A stretch of 64,000 bases of DNA from Haplodiscus bocki (Eukaryota): NCBI GenBank assembly GCA_965655095.1, contig OZ296650.1, forward strand, positions 112,158,001 through 112,222,000, read 5' to 3'. Position numbers and translations under genes: made by a program. How positions within the stretch are numbered: the first letter of the stretch is position 1; each line of letters begins with the position of its first letter. The notes beneath the pieces are model-generated. The model saw only the letters and a program-made list of their open reading frames with translations, did not search any database and was not told the origin of the DNA. Positions 39,308-52,390 of this stretch are shown here, one piece after another.

Positions 39308-40768
39308 CATTGGTAGTATTAGGTCACTTGAGGACCCAGAGTTGAGCCAAAAAGAAACGCCCAAATTTTTGTGCCACCAATTTTCAGCTTATGAAATAAA
39401 ATGAATCAAATCAAAAAAAAGTCGAAAATTTTTCAAATTTCACAAGTTACAGCATCCTCACAGTGTTCCAAAAGATTGACTCACCGTTTGAAGGACGCCG
39501 TCGTTTGAAGAGTGTGAGTTGTAACAAAATGTTCACCCAATTTGGAAAGGTGAGTTTAGGTTATTTGTACATGTATTTGTTTGTTCGTCGATGACTCTCT
39601 TTTAGATGATTCGGTATTACGTCATCCAATAACTATTTGCTTTGCTCTTAGCCGACGACCTAAACGCCAACGAAGCTGTCTGTTAGAAATGAATTAGTTC
39701 ACACAAATGTCTGGTCTGACTTGTGTAATGTCGTTTTCTGATTGGTTGAAGACATTGCACACTATAAATTTTATAGCCTGAATTCCCATTGGCTAACGCT
39801 TCACTGAAGCGGAAAATTTTCGTCTGCCTCTGCAAGTTCATATAGCTGTACATGTACTACTACAGTTCATAAGCTGAATATTCATAGCTTTTAAACCAGA
39901 TTAACCCCTGTCCCTGGTTCCATACAGCAACTCCGAAGATGAAAAAAGCGTTTCATATCTGCAAAATTTTGTTTTTCTTTACTTTTCACCTACAATCCTA
40001 ATAAACGATTGTCAAGATTTGCAGGTGCATTAGCTCGACCTATGCACCCAGTTTCCACTATAAGCAACATCTTATAAGCAACTTTTCTCAAAATTCTGAA
40101 AAACGTAAGCAACAGCTAGGCTCATGAAAAAGTGGTAGCAATTATTTTATTAATCAAGAAGTAATTAAATGTACATCCTTAGCAATGTTCAACTCCGGCA
40201 GATTTCAGCCGATTAAGTTGTCACGTGATTGGTTGATTGGCGAAAGAGTTGAACTCTTCTCGCTTTACGCCTGTCTCGTTAATTGACCCACTCACTATGT
40301 GACTCGATAGACTGACTAGTACTAATAATTAATTTATGAAAAAAATTTAAAAAATAAGCCACTGAAAAGCAGTTTTGACGTGGATTCCCAAATTACATAA
40401 AAGCAGAAAGCATAAAAATGATTTGAGTTCCCATAAAACATAAAATTATGAAATTAATAAGTAAAGGAAAAAATCATTAATCTCAATATAATCATTAATA
40501 ATCATGAAAATTCAGGTCTTTTCCATTATTTTCCCATCCCCCCTCCCCAGCCCTACTGAGAGAAATAATATTCCCCCCCCCCCATACAGCTGATGCTCAG
40601 CTGAACATTATGGGTCAAGTTTGTTTTGAATAAAGTTATTGCAACTACATGTTTGTTCCGTAACTAGCTCCAACAAGCAGTCAGCTAGTTCCTTGAGGCA
40701 TGACCACCTTTACAACGTATTAACATCGGCAATGATACTTTTTCTCAATGAATGTCTATGTATTTTGA

Positions 40769-41193
40769 GGTGGATTCCCAAATGACATGACCAGTAAACA
40801 TAAAATTGAGAAGAGTCTCACTAAACATAAAAATTAAATCTCGTACAGACAAAATGTTCTGATTGGCTAAAATTTACACGCGTACTATCCGTTAATATTG
40901 TTATAATATAGTAAGCGGATGTTTTTTTTACGAACAAAAAATTGTTACTAATGGGGGCAAGTAAGAATCTCCGAGCGTAGCAAGGTCACAAGTAACTGGC
41001 AATTATATGTCGAAACGGGCGATGTCGAGATGCCGAAGGTGGTGCTTTCAATTCTATTAATGTTGAAAATACCTTTCCGGTTGTTATTAGCACAATCGTA
41101 TCCATCATCTATAATACTTATTGACAATTTTACGTTTTTTGAGACTACTTTCAAATTTATGTTCAGTGGTCCTATGGCATTTGGTACGTAATC
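40769..41193 (-). mobile_element. Mutator-like MITE, family A, copy 2
   Basis: Inverted homolog of 7301-7747; exact 9-bp TSD gtattttga at 40760-40768 and 41194-41202. Confidence 0.85.
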
Positions 41194-41555
41194 GTATTTT
41201 GATAGTGTAAACACTGTGGAGCTGCCAACTTCTGAGTGTAATCAGTAGATGAGGGGCATGTTGACAGTATATGAAATGTAAACAAAAACGGAGTAGAAGG
41301 TACATAAAACATCGAAAGTCGTGATGCAAAATGAACCTCCTATCTTAATACATAGAGATGAAATTTCTGCTAACTTCAATAGTAATGATCCTAGAAGTTT
41401 CAAGTAAAAACTTGTGACAAGCACAAAGAAAGAAACTGGAAAATTAGTCAACAACGTGAACACTTTCAAACTACTTTTCTATTCTAAATTTTGGTGCTCA
41501 CTTTTATTACTCTTAAATTAGATTGCATTTATCATATTTCTGATCACCCCCATCT

Positions 41556-42231
41556 CGTGACAACATATCGCGCTACCTCAAAAGTGCAGATTTAATATTG
41601 AAATGACGACAGTTTTCTGGTGCTTTAACAACGTTTTGGAGACATCCGCTACACCAGAGCAACGTCTTGGAAACGCTGTGGTAACCAACATTCCAAAACA
41701 TCCCAAGGACGAACTCCAGAGAATTTTTTACGACATCGATCGAACCAGATCGACAAAATAGCCAAAAATCGTCAGAAGTATCAACAGGCGTAAAAAATGA
41801 TTACGCCGAGTGGGGTATAAAAACTAGAGCTCCGAAACTCTAGTTTCAGTACTCAACTCAACAACTTTAAAACCATCTACGTTTGACGTTTGACGTCTAT
41901 CTCTCCGCAATTTCTCTAATCAGTCTCAACTGCAATTTGGCGTGAGACGTCGTTGGCCTATTTGTTCTACGATTCCTCTTTCTAGATTCAACTATTGGGC
42001 TCTCGTCTCATCAACTTCCAATTTCTACAACTGGAAGCAACAACTCAGAAGTCCGACTTCAACATCAACTTTCAACTTCAACCACAGTCAAGAAGAAATG
42101 CCGTTAGTTTGGTCCCTAATCAAAACATAATATAATTTTCGTGTAAACGTTTCATTTGCTTTTTCTAAAATCAGAGCGAAAAAGATATATTCAACCAACT
42201 TCATGAATTTAATTCTCTAGCTTTTACCACA
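41556..42231 (+). mobile_element. Probable solo LTR
   Basis: Starts (c/t)GTGACAAC and ends TTTTACCACA; internal TATA box ggggtataaaaac at about 41811-41823 followed by a short hairpin. No TSD recognised. Confidence 0.45.
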
Positions 42232-42344
42232 GCAAGTTTTCAGGAAATCTCTTTTTAGTGACCATAATGTAGTTAAAGTTAAAACTACTTATTTCAATTC
42301 AATAGTAGTAGAGTAATCCCAGACTGACTACTAACAAAATTATA

Positions 42345-42829
42345 TGTGTGACGAGAACTAGAAACGCGCATTCGAAAGAAAATTAGGAAGAAAATGAAAT
42401 TTGTTCAAAGTTTGCTTGATTCTGAGAAGATAGAAGTTCAGAACGACCACGACCAGTAATAGAAATCATAAACTATAGAGATTGAAGTGAAGAATAAAGA
42501 AATATCTTGTTTGCAAAGAGTTGATATTATTGAAATTCACTCTGTACCGGGCGAACAAAACAGGTACAGGCCCGGTTAGGTCCTGGTCCGCCAGATACTG
42601 ATTGAAAGCCCTGAGCTTAGAGGCGATAAGGTACCAGGGTAGCATCTCCTTGTCTCGAACCAAGTAGAACCTGGAAGGTCTGCAGTATTGACTAATGCAT
42701 GTTTGTAAACTGGTCGTCTCGCACTTATACCAAATGGCACAGAGTGATTTTTCTAATACGTACAGTTAAGAAAACAAAATTAAGTCACCGCCACTCAATT
42801 CAATAAAATAAACACACACACGTCACACA
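42345..42829 (+). mobile_element. Probable solo LTR
   Basis: Perfect 9-bp inverted termini TGTGTGACG...CGTCACACA, with AATAAA about 25 bp from the 3' end. No clear TSD. Confidence 0.6.
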
Positions 42830-44159
42830 CTATTATAAACTACATAAAGTTCTAATAAACTTTTGTTTGGACCATAATTTGTTATTTTTTGTTGTTTTTG
42901 AGTATTACGCAAATATATGCAGCGTTCGAGTAATAATTCACAAAGAAAGGTTGCATTGTTTTCTGACACTACTGTAGACAGCGCTCACAATTCACAAATG
43001 TCAAGTACCTTCCAAGAACCTGACTGCTTGCTGAAGTTAGTTGAAATAAACAAACAGATAGTTGCAATAACTTCATTAGACAGACACTTGAAGCATACTG
43101 CGCAGTTGAGCATCAGCTAGGCGGGATAATAATTTTGTCAGTAGGGCTGGGGGGGGGGGGATAACGGAAAAGACCCGGAATCCTTTCTGTGAACACCCCA
43201 CCACCAGTAGCAAGGAGAATTTTAAATCCCCCACGCAAAAGCGAACTCGTCTCTGACTGGCTAAAAGTCACTCGCGCGTGAGTTAAAAGGTTACGCCGCG
43301 TTTTTTTGCATATCCATTATGGCATGAGGGGTTAACAGAAGAGATACTTTATGTGACATCGGAGGCTCAATCAATCCGTAACGTGTTTGAACCTGTCTAA
43401 ATTTGAAAAAGGGGATTCCCTCTGCGGCGGTATTTCAAACGGACGAAACTAAATAACGATCTAACACAGCTGATTTTTCATCGTAGCCAATAGGTTCTGC
43501 GATGAAATGAAAATAAATTCAAAGTTGCAAGTACTGCGAAATGATTTTTATCGGTTTATCTTGATTCAAACTGATTTAACCCCCCCCCCCCCATCCACTT
43601 TGATTCAACCCCGTCTCCACTGTTTCAACCCCCCCCCCCCCACTGATTCACCCCTTAGTGATTTAACCCACCTCCCTCTCCCCAACACCCATCTGCTCAA
43701 TGGATATGCGAAAATAAGGGGCGTTATGGTTTAGCTCGCGCCTGCAATTTGTTAATTCCAGCCAATTACAACACTTTGTCTGTACGAGGTTTGAATTTTA
43801 TTTTTAATGAAACTGTTTGGTAATTGATATTTAGTGGTTTTACGCCATTTGGGAAGGGGAAGTGCGAGCGGAAATTGAAAGTCTGATTTAATCATTGTAT
43901 AGTAAGCAAGACGCTCTTTCGCATTTTTATGTTAAGCGGGAACGTAATTCAATTTTATGTTTACCGGCCTCATGGTCTTTATTACGTAATCGATGTTTTA
44001 AGCAGTTACATTCGTTTACCAATTAATTGTTGTTTGTTACCGAAAATGCATTGGGGTGGAAATAATGAGCTTGCTTTATAATACTGATTGTGAACTTGCT
44101 CCCACAGGAGGGTATTATCCGGTGCTTTTGATACAGATTTTGGGTCTTTTCCATTTTTT

Positions 44160-46640
44160 CCCAGGTTGACAGCACATGGCCGTTCAAGGAAATTCATCCA
44201 TGATCATGGAATTTTCAACACATTATTTGTGCCTACGTTTCTATGCATGGAAAATCATTCATGACATCACCCATGATTCATAGTTGGAAATCTATGTTCC
44301 GTTACATGGTCAACATGGAGGTGGTCGTTCATTTAGCGTATGCATATTTATGCCGACCGTGATCATTGATCAGGCCCTACAAAAATTCACGGAGTTCTCA
44401 CATCGAAATTTGAGGGAAAAATTGCGCTCAGAAAAGTTTGAATTCGCGCTAAACATTGCCAACTTTCAAAAACATCGCGGAGGTTCGCAGATTTATCTTG
44501 AAGGTTTCCTCGCTGAGCTAGCGTTTTCGGTGGACAGTTGCAAAATTTAGAGAACCAATTCGCGTTCAATTGTTCAGATAACTTTCGATAGTTAGCGGTT
44601 TTTTTTCGGCAAAATCAGAAACTAGTTGCCTTCGAACTTCGACATCCAGTAACACGTAAGGTGGAACTTCATCACTGAAACCACAAAAATCCATTTTCTT
44701 TCTTATTTTACGCGGACTTCTTCCGAAAAGAGCTGAAACTCTCTGCAATCCGCGGATGCTTCTGACTGGTCCAAAATCTCGTAGAATTCGAGCCGGGAGT
44801 TTTTCTAGAGCTTTTTAATGGCGAAAGGAAGTCATTGGATAAAGACTTTTGGAATTGAATTCCAAGTTCGGAAAACCATTTCAGATCGCTCCAACAATTT
44901 GTACGGAAAAAGTTTTTCTTTTGAAGTGATGGTTCAATTACATCCTATTCACGTTTTTGAGTTGTTTCGACAGTAATGTTAGACAAAACTATTCATCGAC
45001 ATTAATCGCTGTTGGAGCTACACTGTGGTATTGCATGATATGATGCAATATTGACGGAACGACTGTCTGATATTACCGTCTGAATTGGATTGTGTCGTCC
45101 ACGCTGCAACGACACTTTTGTCAGCTCTATTTTCTTCACGATTTTCTGGTCTGATTCACAGTTTAGAATCCATAACGCACCGAAAAATTTCTTTTCCCAT
45201 TTGAGGAGAACTCATCAAATTCCTGAAGTCGTCGAAATTTTGTTTCAAATCCTTTCCTAAATAAAATGCTGATGGTCTCGATGTGGTCCGCCTCGGTTAG
45301 AATTTTTTCTTTTCTGGTGGCTCTTCAGCTGAGGTATTTTGCCTTTTTTGTTTTTTTTTGTACTTTCTCCACCTCTCTTCGCATTGTAGTTTGACTAGGA
45401 GATGAAATAATTTTTCGTCGAGCTATAATTCAGAGGAAACAAAAGTTGACTTCAGTTTTATCGAATGATGAAAAAAAATCACGAGTTTAGCTAGTTATTG
45501 AAGTTCAAAGTTAAAATATGTGTCCGTACAGCCTTCAGGTACATATTTATAGTGTCCATTGCGGGTGTGTTATAACGCTCCTGAATGAACTTATGGTAAT
45601 CTCAGCCGGTGTCTGTTTCGGCGGCGCAAACCAAGTTTGATTGAAATCAATCCCAACCCACCAAACGTTCATCGAAATTGCAACAAAAATTGATGAACAA
45701 ACTTGGATGTCTAATGATTGAATATTTCACCAGCCCGCGCTTCAGTTCGACGACACTGAAAACAGTGAAGAAACAATGAACCCTCCGAAACCAGGATAGC
45801 AAAGTTAAACAAAATGTTTTTACCTCAAATGGTTGAATAGATAGAGATAGTACTTGGGAAATGATTGTTATCATCAAAATTTTAAAAAACAACGTTTTTT
45901 GTAATTTCTGTGAGCACATGTTTGACAACAAATTCAGGTCCGAAGTACCACGCTTCACAAAAGTTTAAGTTTTTCCTCGGTAAAAGTTAATAACTGACCT
46001 AATAGTGATGTCGGCACATTTATTGATGTCAATAATGCATTTAGTTGACGTAACTGAGAAGTTGGTATACAAGGCCCACTTGAATTACCTGGCAGAGTCA
46101 ACAGAGGATGCAATGTTGACGCCAACTAAACGATTGCAATCAATATCGGAAACACTCATGCATGAAATTTTCTCCTTTTCTCATGATTTGACTATCCTCT
46201 TTGGTTTGATTTATTTTGCACTCAGTTCGTTTGGTTTCAGCGAATGAAACGGTGGTTCCCTTTTCAAATGAAATACTATAAAAATCCCTTTTGCCATCTT
46301 TTAACTGGATGTTTTTCAACAGGAAACGCTTCAGTCAATTAGATAGAAATCATGTTCGATATGTCAGTGTTGCCTCTTGTTGAGTATCGATCTTAAATTG
46401 CGGATTCCGAAATTTAAATGAACTTGATAAAAAAATCGTTTTATGTCGTATTAAAGTTTCGAGCGGTAAACTATTCTGAGTTTAAGTCCTAATGGAATCA
46501 ATTCGTGCTTCTTTTTTCAGCTCGGAGGGCGAGTTTCGTCAACTCAGTCTTCGTAGACACTTGTGGTAAGCCACAGCAATCCCTATCACCCACCATGGAT
46601 TTTCATGCCTGACATCATCCTTGATATATCCATGATTCAT
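44160..46640 (-). mobile_element. CATG-bracketed region with a long decayed minus-strand ORF (putative DNA transposon remnant)
   Basis: Starts CCCAGG plus a CATG block (44160-44375), second CATG block at 46590-46640. The minus strand between them gives coding-like fragments including STI*GKNILFN and SVVELKRGLVKYSIIRHPSLF. Confidence 0.35.
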
Positions 46641-47448
46641 TCATCAAAACTCAAGTTTCTCAACATACAGGAACAAAAAAATATGATATAGATTTAACCA
46701 CAATATAAACCACTGAAATCTATGAAAATCAAAACCAGGATCCTTTATTATCAGATGAAGCGTACGCGATATCGTTGGCATCCGGTAATTTGAAAACAGA
46801 AATTAAAAACAAACATCGGTTTTTTTTCCTTTTGGTAGAAACAAGAATTTAGGAAATAATTTTATTTTGTCATTTCTCTGCGTCACCTGTGAGTTATCTT
46901 CAAAGTTCTGTTGTTTCCCCGTTAACTGATGCTCAGCTGAGCACTATTTTTCAAGTTTCTGTTATGAAAGGTTTCGGAAATAGCTGTTTGAACACTTTTA
47001 CTGGCTTCATTTAGTTAGCAGAGATCTTCTTCGAAGGTACTTCGGGTTTGTGAATGGTCTAATGCCTGCTGACTCACAAAAGATCAATTCAGTGAATACA
47101 GCGGTTGCAGTAGCTACAATTTCGACTGGGGGATAATCTGCAAGGGAGAAGTAACGGAAAAGACCCCAGAAGAAAATTAGGGTGCCAATCTAGTGTGAGG
47201 TCTGCACTTCACTTTCTACTCTATTATGTAGTCTACATTTTAGAACGGCATTTCATATAATTTTGCTATTAAAACTCCTCCTCTACACTGAGCCGCCATG
47301 CATGTGTTGCTTTTTTGATCGTGTTTTACTGCCGGATAAAATATTTATCACCGCCACGAGAGAGGCATTGGCGCGTGATCAATTATTTGTGGTTTGAATT
47401 TGAGGCAGTAATAATAGGTTGAGGCTACCTAATGATTATCACATAAGG

Positions 47449-48030
47449 TGTAAATGAAAGTGCTAAAATGGGCAACCAATGATAGCGCAGTTTTTTATCA
47501 CGTGACTAATTATCAGCAATTGACCGTCGAGCACGGAGAACGTCAGTCGCTAGACTCGAAATTTGCTAACATTGAGATATAGAACCTTTGCAAAACGTAA
47601 AACTAAACTATTGCTAAGCTACGACTTGTTAATTTCATTGGGTTGATAAATCATTTTGTAAAACAACCTATTTGATACTTGTAGCAAAAATTGACACAAT
47701 TCAAATACTCACTTACTACAAGATTTTGTGATTCAAAAACGAGCGCTCCAAACGCTGGAGAAGTAAACACTAGTATGACAGGCAAAGAAACTCATAGTTT
47801 AGACGGTAACGAAGTAGAAGATAGTAATAGCGCTGCCGCTAGCACAAATGTTCCCATTACGTCAAAAGAAGTAGCGTGACAGACTGGAGCTGCTACTGAT
47901 CCCTTAACGAAGCAGTTGGGGAAGCTTTGCGACCTCATGGTAGAGCTTCGTCGGCACATGTCAAGGCGTAGTGAAGGAACCTATGCCCCAATTCAGGGTT
48001 CCTCGGGACCACGTGGCGGGAGGCACGACA
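47449..48030 (+). mobile_element. 5' LTR of a Gypsy element
   Basis: TGTAAATG...GACA, immediately followed by a TGG-starting PBS and gag. The left boundary is inferred. Confidence 0.6.
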
Positions 48031-49200
48031 TGGTGACAGGAAACCCTTTGACTACACGCTCCGAATCACGGAATGGACTAATGAATCCGATAATGACATA
48101 ACATCCACGCGACAACCGACAACGGCGACCTTCACTACTTGGAGACAAGGATGAAGAGCCTGAACAAGTTACCAACTCTCCCATCGACCACATTGTTGCA
48201 GCTATTAACAACTTGCCGCACATCCTCCAGCATGACGCAGCACACACTCAGATACTTAACACGCAGTTCCCGATCATCCAAGGTTTCAAAGGCCAAGTGC
48301 CATGAATTTGAACGCCTCCTGATCAACCACTTCAGGCCACACCAAAACCGTATCACTGAAGAAGACAAGGTTCCCTACTTCCAAAGCCTTTTGCGTGATG
48401 AGGCTATTGATTTCTGGCAAACGCTACGCATCACACCAGAAACAACATTCAAAGATGTCGTCGAAAAGTACCGAAAAGAAATTGCCAACGACGACTTTGA
48501 AGAAATCTCAAAGAAGTTCAAATGGGATCAACTAGTTATGACCCCACGAAAAAAAATTCTCAAACGTCCTAAAGTCCTTAAAGAAGACGGCTACACAAGC
48601 ATTTGGTGACTGACCCGCCGAATTCATGGAAACGTTCTTTTTGAAAAATTGCAGATACAACACCAGCTCTCAACAGCAGGCAAATCAGAGGTGAGCGTAA
48701 AGGAGATCAAAGCATTCATCCAGAGACGACTCGAATTTCAACTACTCATCTCGCAAGCAACGGCTCACACCCAATTCAATGAGATGTCCATCAACACCCA
48801 AAAACAACCACGCCAAGGGTACAATACCGAACAGCGAAACACAGACAAACCCAAAATTAATGGAGACTGTCATTACTGTGGCAAACGACGACATCGAGAA
48901 CGGGAATGTTGTTCTAAGGAAAGGGATCAAGCCTAACAAGAGACCCCAGAGAACGAACGACGGGAACAAGCCAACCGGCCCAAATACAACTTAAAACTTT
49001 TATGCCGAGACTGTGGTTACACAGGGCACACAACTCGCAATTACCGTCACAAACGAAAAGAAAGATCAGCATACCGAAGTGTCCCTTACCAAAATCAGGA
49101 CACCGAAAACAAGAAACAATTACGAAAGGAGAAACAATTACAAAATTAAAAGCCAAAACAGTTTGCAGCTTCTATCAATTCTGGTAAGCCCTCAAAAAGG
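47691..49200 (+). pseudogene. Degenerate Gypsy gag with two CCHC zinc knuckles
   Basis: Capsid-like EFERLLINHFRPHQNRITEEDKVPYFQSLLRDEAIDFWQTL; knuckles CHYCGKRRHREREC (48868-48909) and CRDCGYTGHTTRNY (49003-49044, last C lost). Several stops and frameshifts; no pol follows. Confidence 0.85.
48031..48042 (+). promoter_or_regulatory. Primer binding site (TGGTGACAGG)
   Basis: TGG directly after the LTR-terminal CA. The cognate tRNA was not identified. Confidence 0.6.
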
Positions 49201-50149
49201 CAAAAAACTCAAACCGGATATGTGAAATCAAGGCCGGTAAAGAACTGCGTATTTAAAATTAGATTTCAAATGGAAAAAAATGAAATTGTTGGAAGGGTAC
49301 GGCAATTTTGAGGGGCGTGAGCTCATTTTGGTAAGAAGCCGTCGTTGGAAGTTTGTTATAGCACCAACTCGCGAACGGCAGTAAAAATTAAAAATACTGG
49401 TTGCCGAAAACAATTTGCGTGGATATTGGTTTCGCATTAACCCTGAAAGAGTTCAAAGAATTTTATTAGCATTACCAAATATATTTAATACCCGGAATTC
49501 CGTAGAAGCGTTCTGTTGCAGATTGATGTAGCGAACAGTCCGAACATTGAAATGATTCCTTTTGGGTAATCCGGAGGACGATCTAAATATAGGAGGCAGC
49601 ATGATTGGCGCGTTTTGGTGAGGACTACAGGCTCCAGATTAGTTACATGACAAAGGAAGGGCACTGGGTAACAGTGCGGATAACCGAGACTTCAGCGGAA
49701 CATACAATTGACCTGCAAACCACAAGCCTACCCCTTCTTGGGGCATCAGATGAAATAAAAATGAGTTATTACACAGAAATATTAGGACACAGTCTATCAA
49801 AAATATGGAAACTTGATGAATATCGCACCATCTGTTAACGGCGAAACCACCAAACTCCTTTGGGTTACTAAATAAAAGTTTTGAAAATTTTCTGATTGTA
49901 TTTTTGTTACAAAACAACTAATGGGTCATGCAACCTGAAGCTTGTCAGAAAAATTTGAGGAAGGAAATATATCTATTCTCCCAATCGGTATAAACGTGAT
50001 AGTTTATCATCTAACGGAAGCATCGTTACATCATCCTAAAATCCTAATTGAAACAAACAAACTATTCAACAACCTCAACCAGATGTATATACAAATCTAC
50101 AGTTCAATAAACAACCAGGGCGAACGTGAGCCCCTACTTTCGCGTTTTT

Positions 50150-51450
50150 AAAGAACTGGTTTAGCTTGAAATCACTGTTTAGCGTTACTATTGATGTAAA
50201 TCGAATGTGGTATACACCGAGGTTGGGTATGTGCTCGCGATATCTGTGGTCATGTGGGATGACATATCGACTGAGCTAGAATTAGCACTGGCACTCGCCC
50301 TGGGGAAAGGGTTTTGTTGTTGAGCACTCGACATGGCTTGGATCAGCCTAGTCAAACCCTATAGCTGTCTGTTCAAGGAGACAATGTAAGTCTTAATCTG
50401 TTCAGCAACCTCTCAACTTCTTCTTGTATCAAGATGCGTGATTCGGATTCAGAGTCGGCGTTGCCCCGATGAGCGTTCAAGAGGTCATTAATTTCGGAAG
50501 TGTTCGTTTCAGTCATTCTGTCATTTGCGAGCGTGTCATATTTTTTTTTACCGTTTCCTAGATTTCTATGCGTGTTTTGAAAAACTAGTATGCAAGAGAT
50601 GAAGATTTGAATTTATTTCGATGGAATTTGATGAATCTTCTGAGAAATTACAAGAGTATCTAAAAATAACTCTGATGTTTTCAAAAAGCGCATCTGGCAA
50701 TGACCGAGATCTTGAGTTTTTGCGTGGTCAGGACACCGATGGTAAGATGCAATTTTTATCAACAGCAAGTTGTCATTGGCTCATTAGTTAATGTGCTAAT
50801 CAACTGATAAGGGTGTAAACGCAAATCCACTGCAAAGTTTGCTGACTGTACACATGCCGCATGATACTTCTGCAAATTTAGCGCAGTAATTTCAATCAAA
50901 TTTCAATATGGCTGAATGTATAGAAAATACAACGAGATGCTGATGTTCTTTACAAGTTCTAATGTCAGTAGCGCGCTCACAGTTTCAGCTTTAGGCATTT
51001 TCTTTTTCCAATGGGTTTTTTTATTTCCTTTTGGTTATGAAACTTGGTGTTACTGCCATTCTGTCGATATATTTCGTTTGTTTGTCAATTTACATGAAGT
51101 GCGATATAATCTTCTGTGACTCAGTTCCATTGCTTCATCACAACAAGTGTAGATTTGCCATAAAGTTGTTACAGAATCTGAAGCACAGATGGAGGTTTTC
51201 ATACCGCGTATGGAAACCCGACGGAGTTTAAAATAGCTCGCAAAGATCATTATGGTTGGTTTTAATCCTTCCTCTGAAAACCGATGAGAATGTAACTTGA
51301 AGTACAAGTCAATGCGGAAGGTTTTCATCATATCGAAGAAAACCGTAAAATTTATAGATACTTGCTGCGATACTTTAGGTTGTTTACATCAGTTCAATGT
51401 AAGCGGATGCAATTAGTTCTGGCGATTAGTCTAAAATGTCATGGTTTTTA
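50150..51450 (-). mobile_element. LTR retrotransposon remnant, family B, copy 2 (LTR about 50253-50934)
   Basis: Collinear homology with about 36430-37830, including the ORF MMKTFRIDLYFKL...GMKT versus MMETFRLDLYFDL...GMKT. Confidence 0.65.
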
Positions 51451-52224
51451 TTGTCATGCTGGCAAGATTCGTCCACAGGTGGCAAATCTTGCTATAATCC
51501 TGCAGACAACCCAATTTATGCAAAAATCATGTAAGAAAATTGCAAGAAACACCTTTTCTGCAAGAATCTTCTACGATCGGTAGTGTTTTTGTAAGAAACT
51601 TGTAAAGGATGTTGAAACAAATGCATTTCGTCTCAACGAGGGGTTTGCTGTTCCATTGGCCAATTTCAAAGCGTGCCCCCCGTTGCATGAGTTCCTTTCG
51701 TAAAAAATAGTGGCACAGCATGGTGGATTTCAAGATATTTGTGCTGAGTTGTTCACAAAATGCTTTTCTGCCAGGCGGGAACAGCTTCTCAACCGCTAAA
51801 GCATATTATCACTAACTCTACGAAAATAAAACACTCCAAGCACAAACCTTTGAGGTAATTCAAAAGCTTTCCCTTTGCCCTGGGTACTCTTTTTTGTGTG
51901 TAGTGGTTGTTTTGGAAAATATCTAGCACCAGAGAAACAGCTTTGTACAAATAGCACTTCGTCGCCAAAAAGATTTTCTTTTTGATCTCACTGATTTTGA
52001 AACAGAGGATGGTTCGACTGCGGCTTGTCAAAGATTACTGGAAATTTTCGACGTAACTGGCTGCTGTTCCCAAACATTAATGCTTGACACGGAAATCTTA
52101 CTGTCATGCGTGGAACCATTCGTAGATTTCGATTTCCTTACACCTGTTTAAAGAAACTTTCAAATCTGCCTTCAGAATCCCTTCAAGGGCTTCTCAGAGA
52201 TTGAAGCCATAGTATTTATAGACT

Positions 52225-52390
52225 TGCCATGATCATGGCAAGATCATGGCAAAGCTAAAATAATCATACTCAGCCGTGAGAAAGCTGGCACGGTCATAAC
52301 AAAGCTTCCATCATCTTGGGAAGCCTGCTATAAAAATCATGATCTTGGCAAGGATTCGGTAGCATGCATGCTTTCATACTTCATCCGGAT
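52225..52390. repeat. CATG-rich repeat block
   Basis: gccatgatcatggcaagatcatggc...aaatcatgatcttggcaag...catccgg. Confidence 0.6.

Noticed and set aside
43519-43690. C-run cluster (and G/C runs at about 4480, 22702, 43149, 63013) as functional G-quadruplexes
   Set aside because: Homopolymer runs are common within repeats here; nothing in the sequence supports a function.
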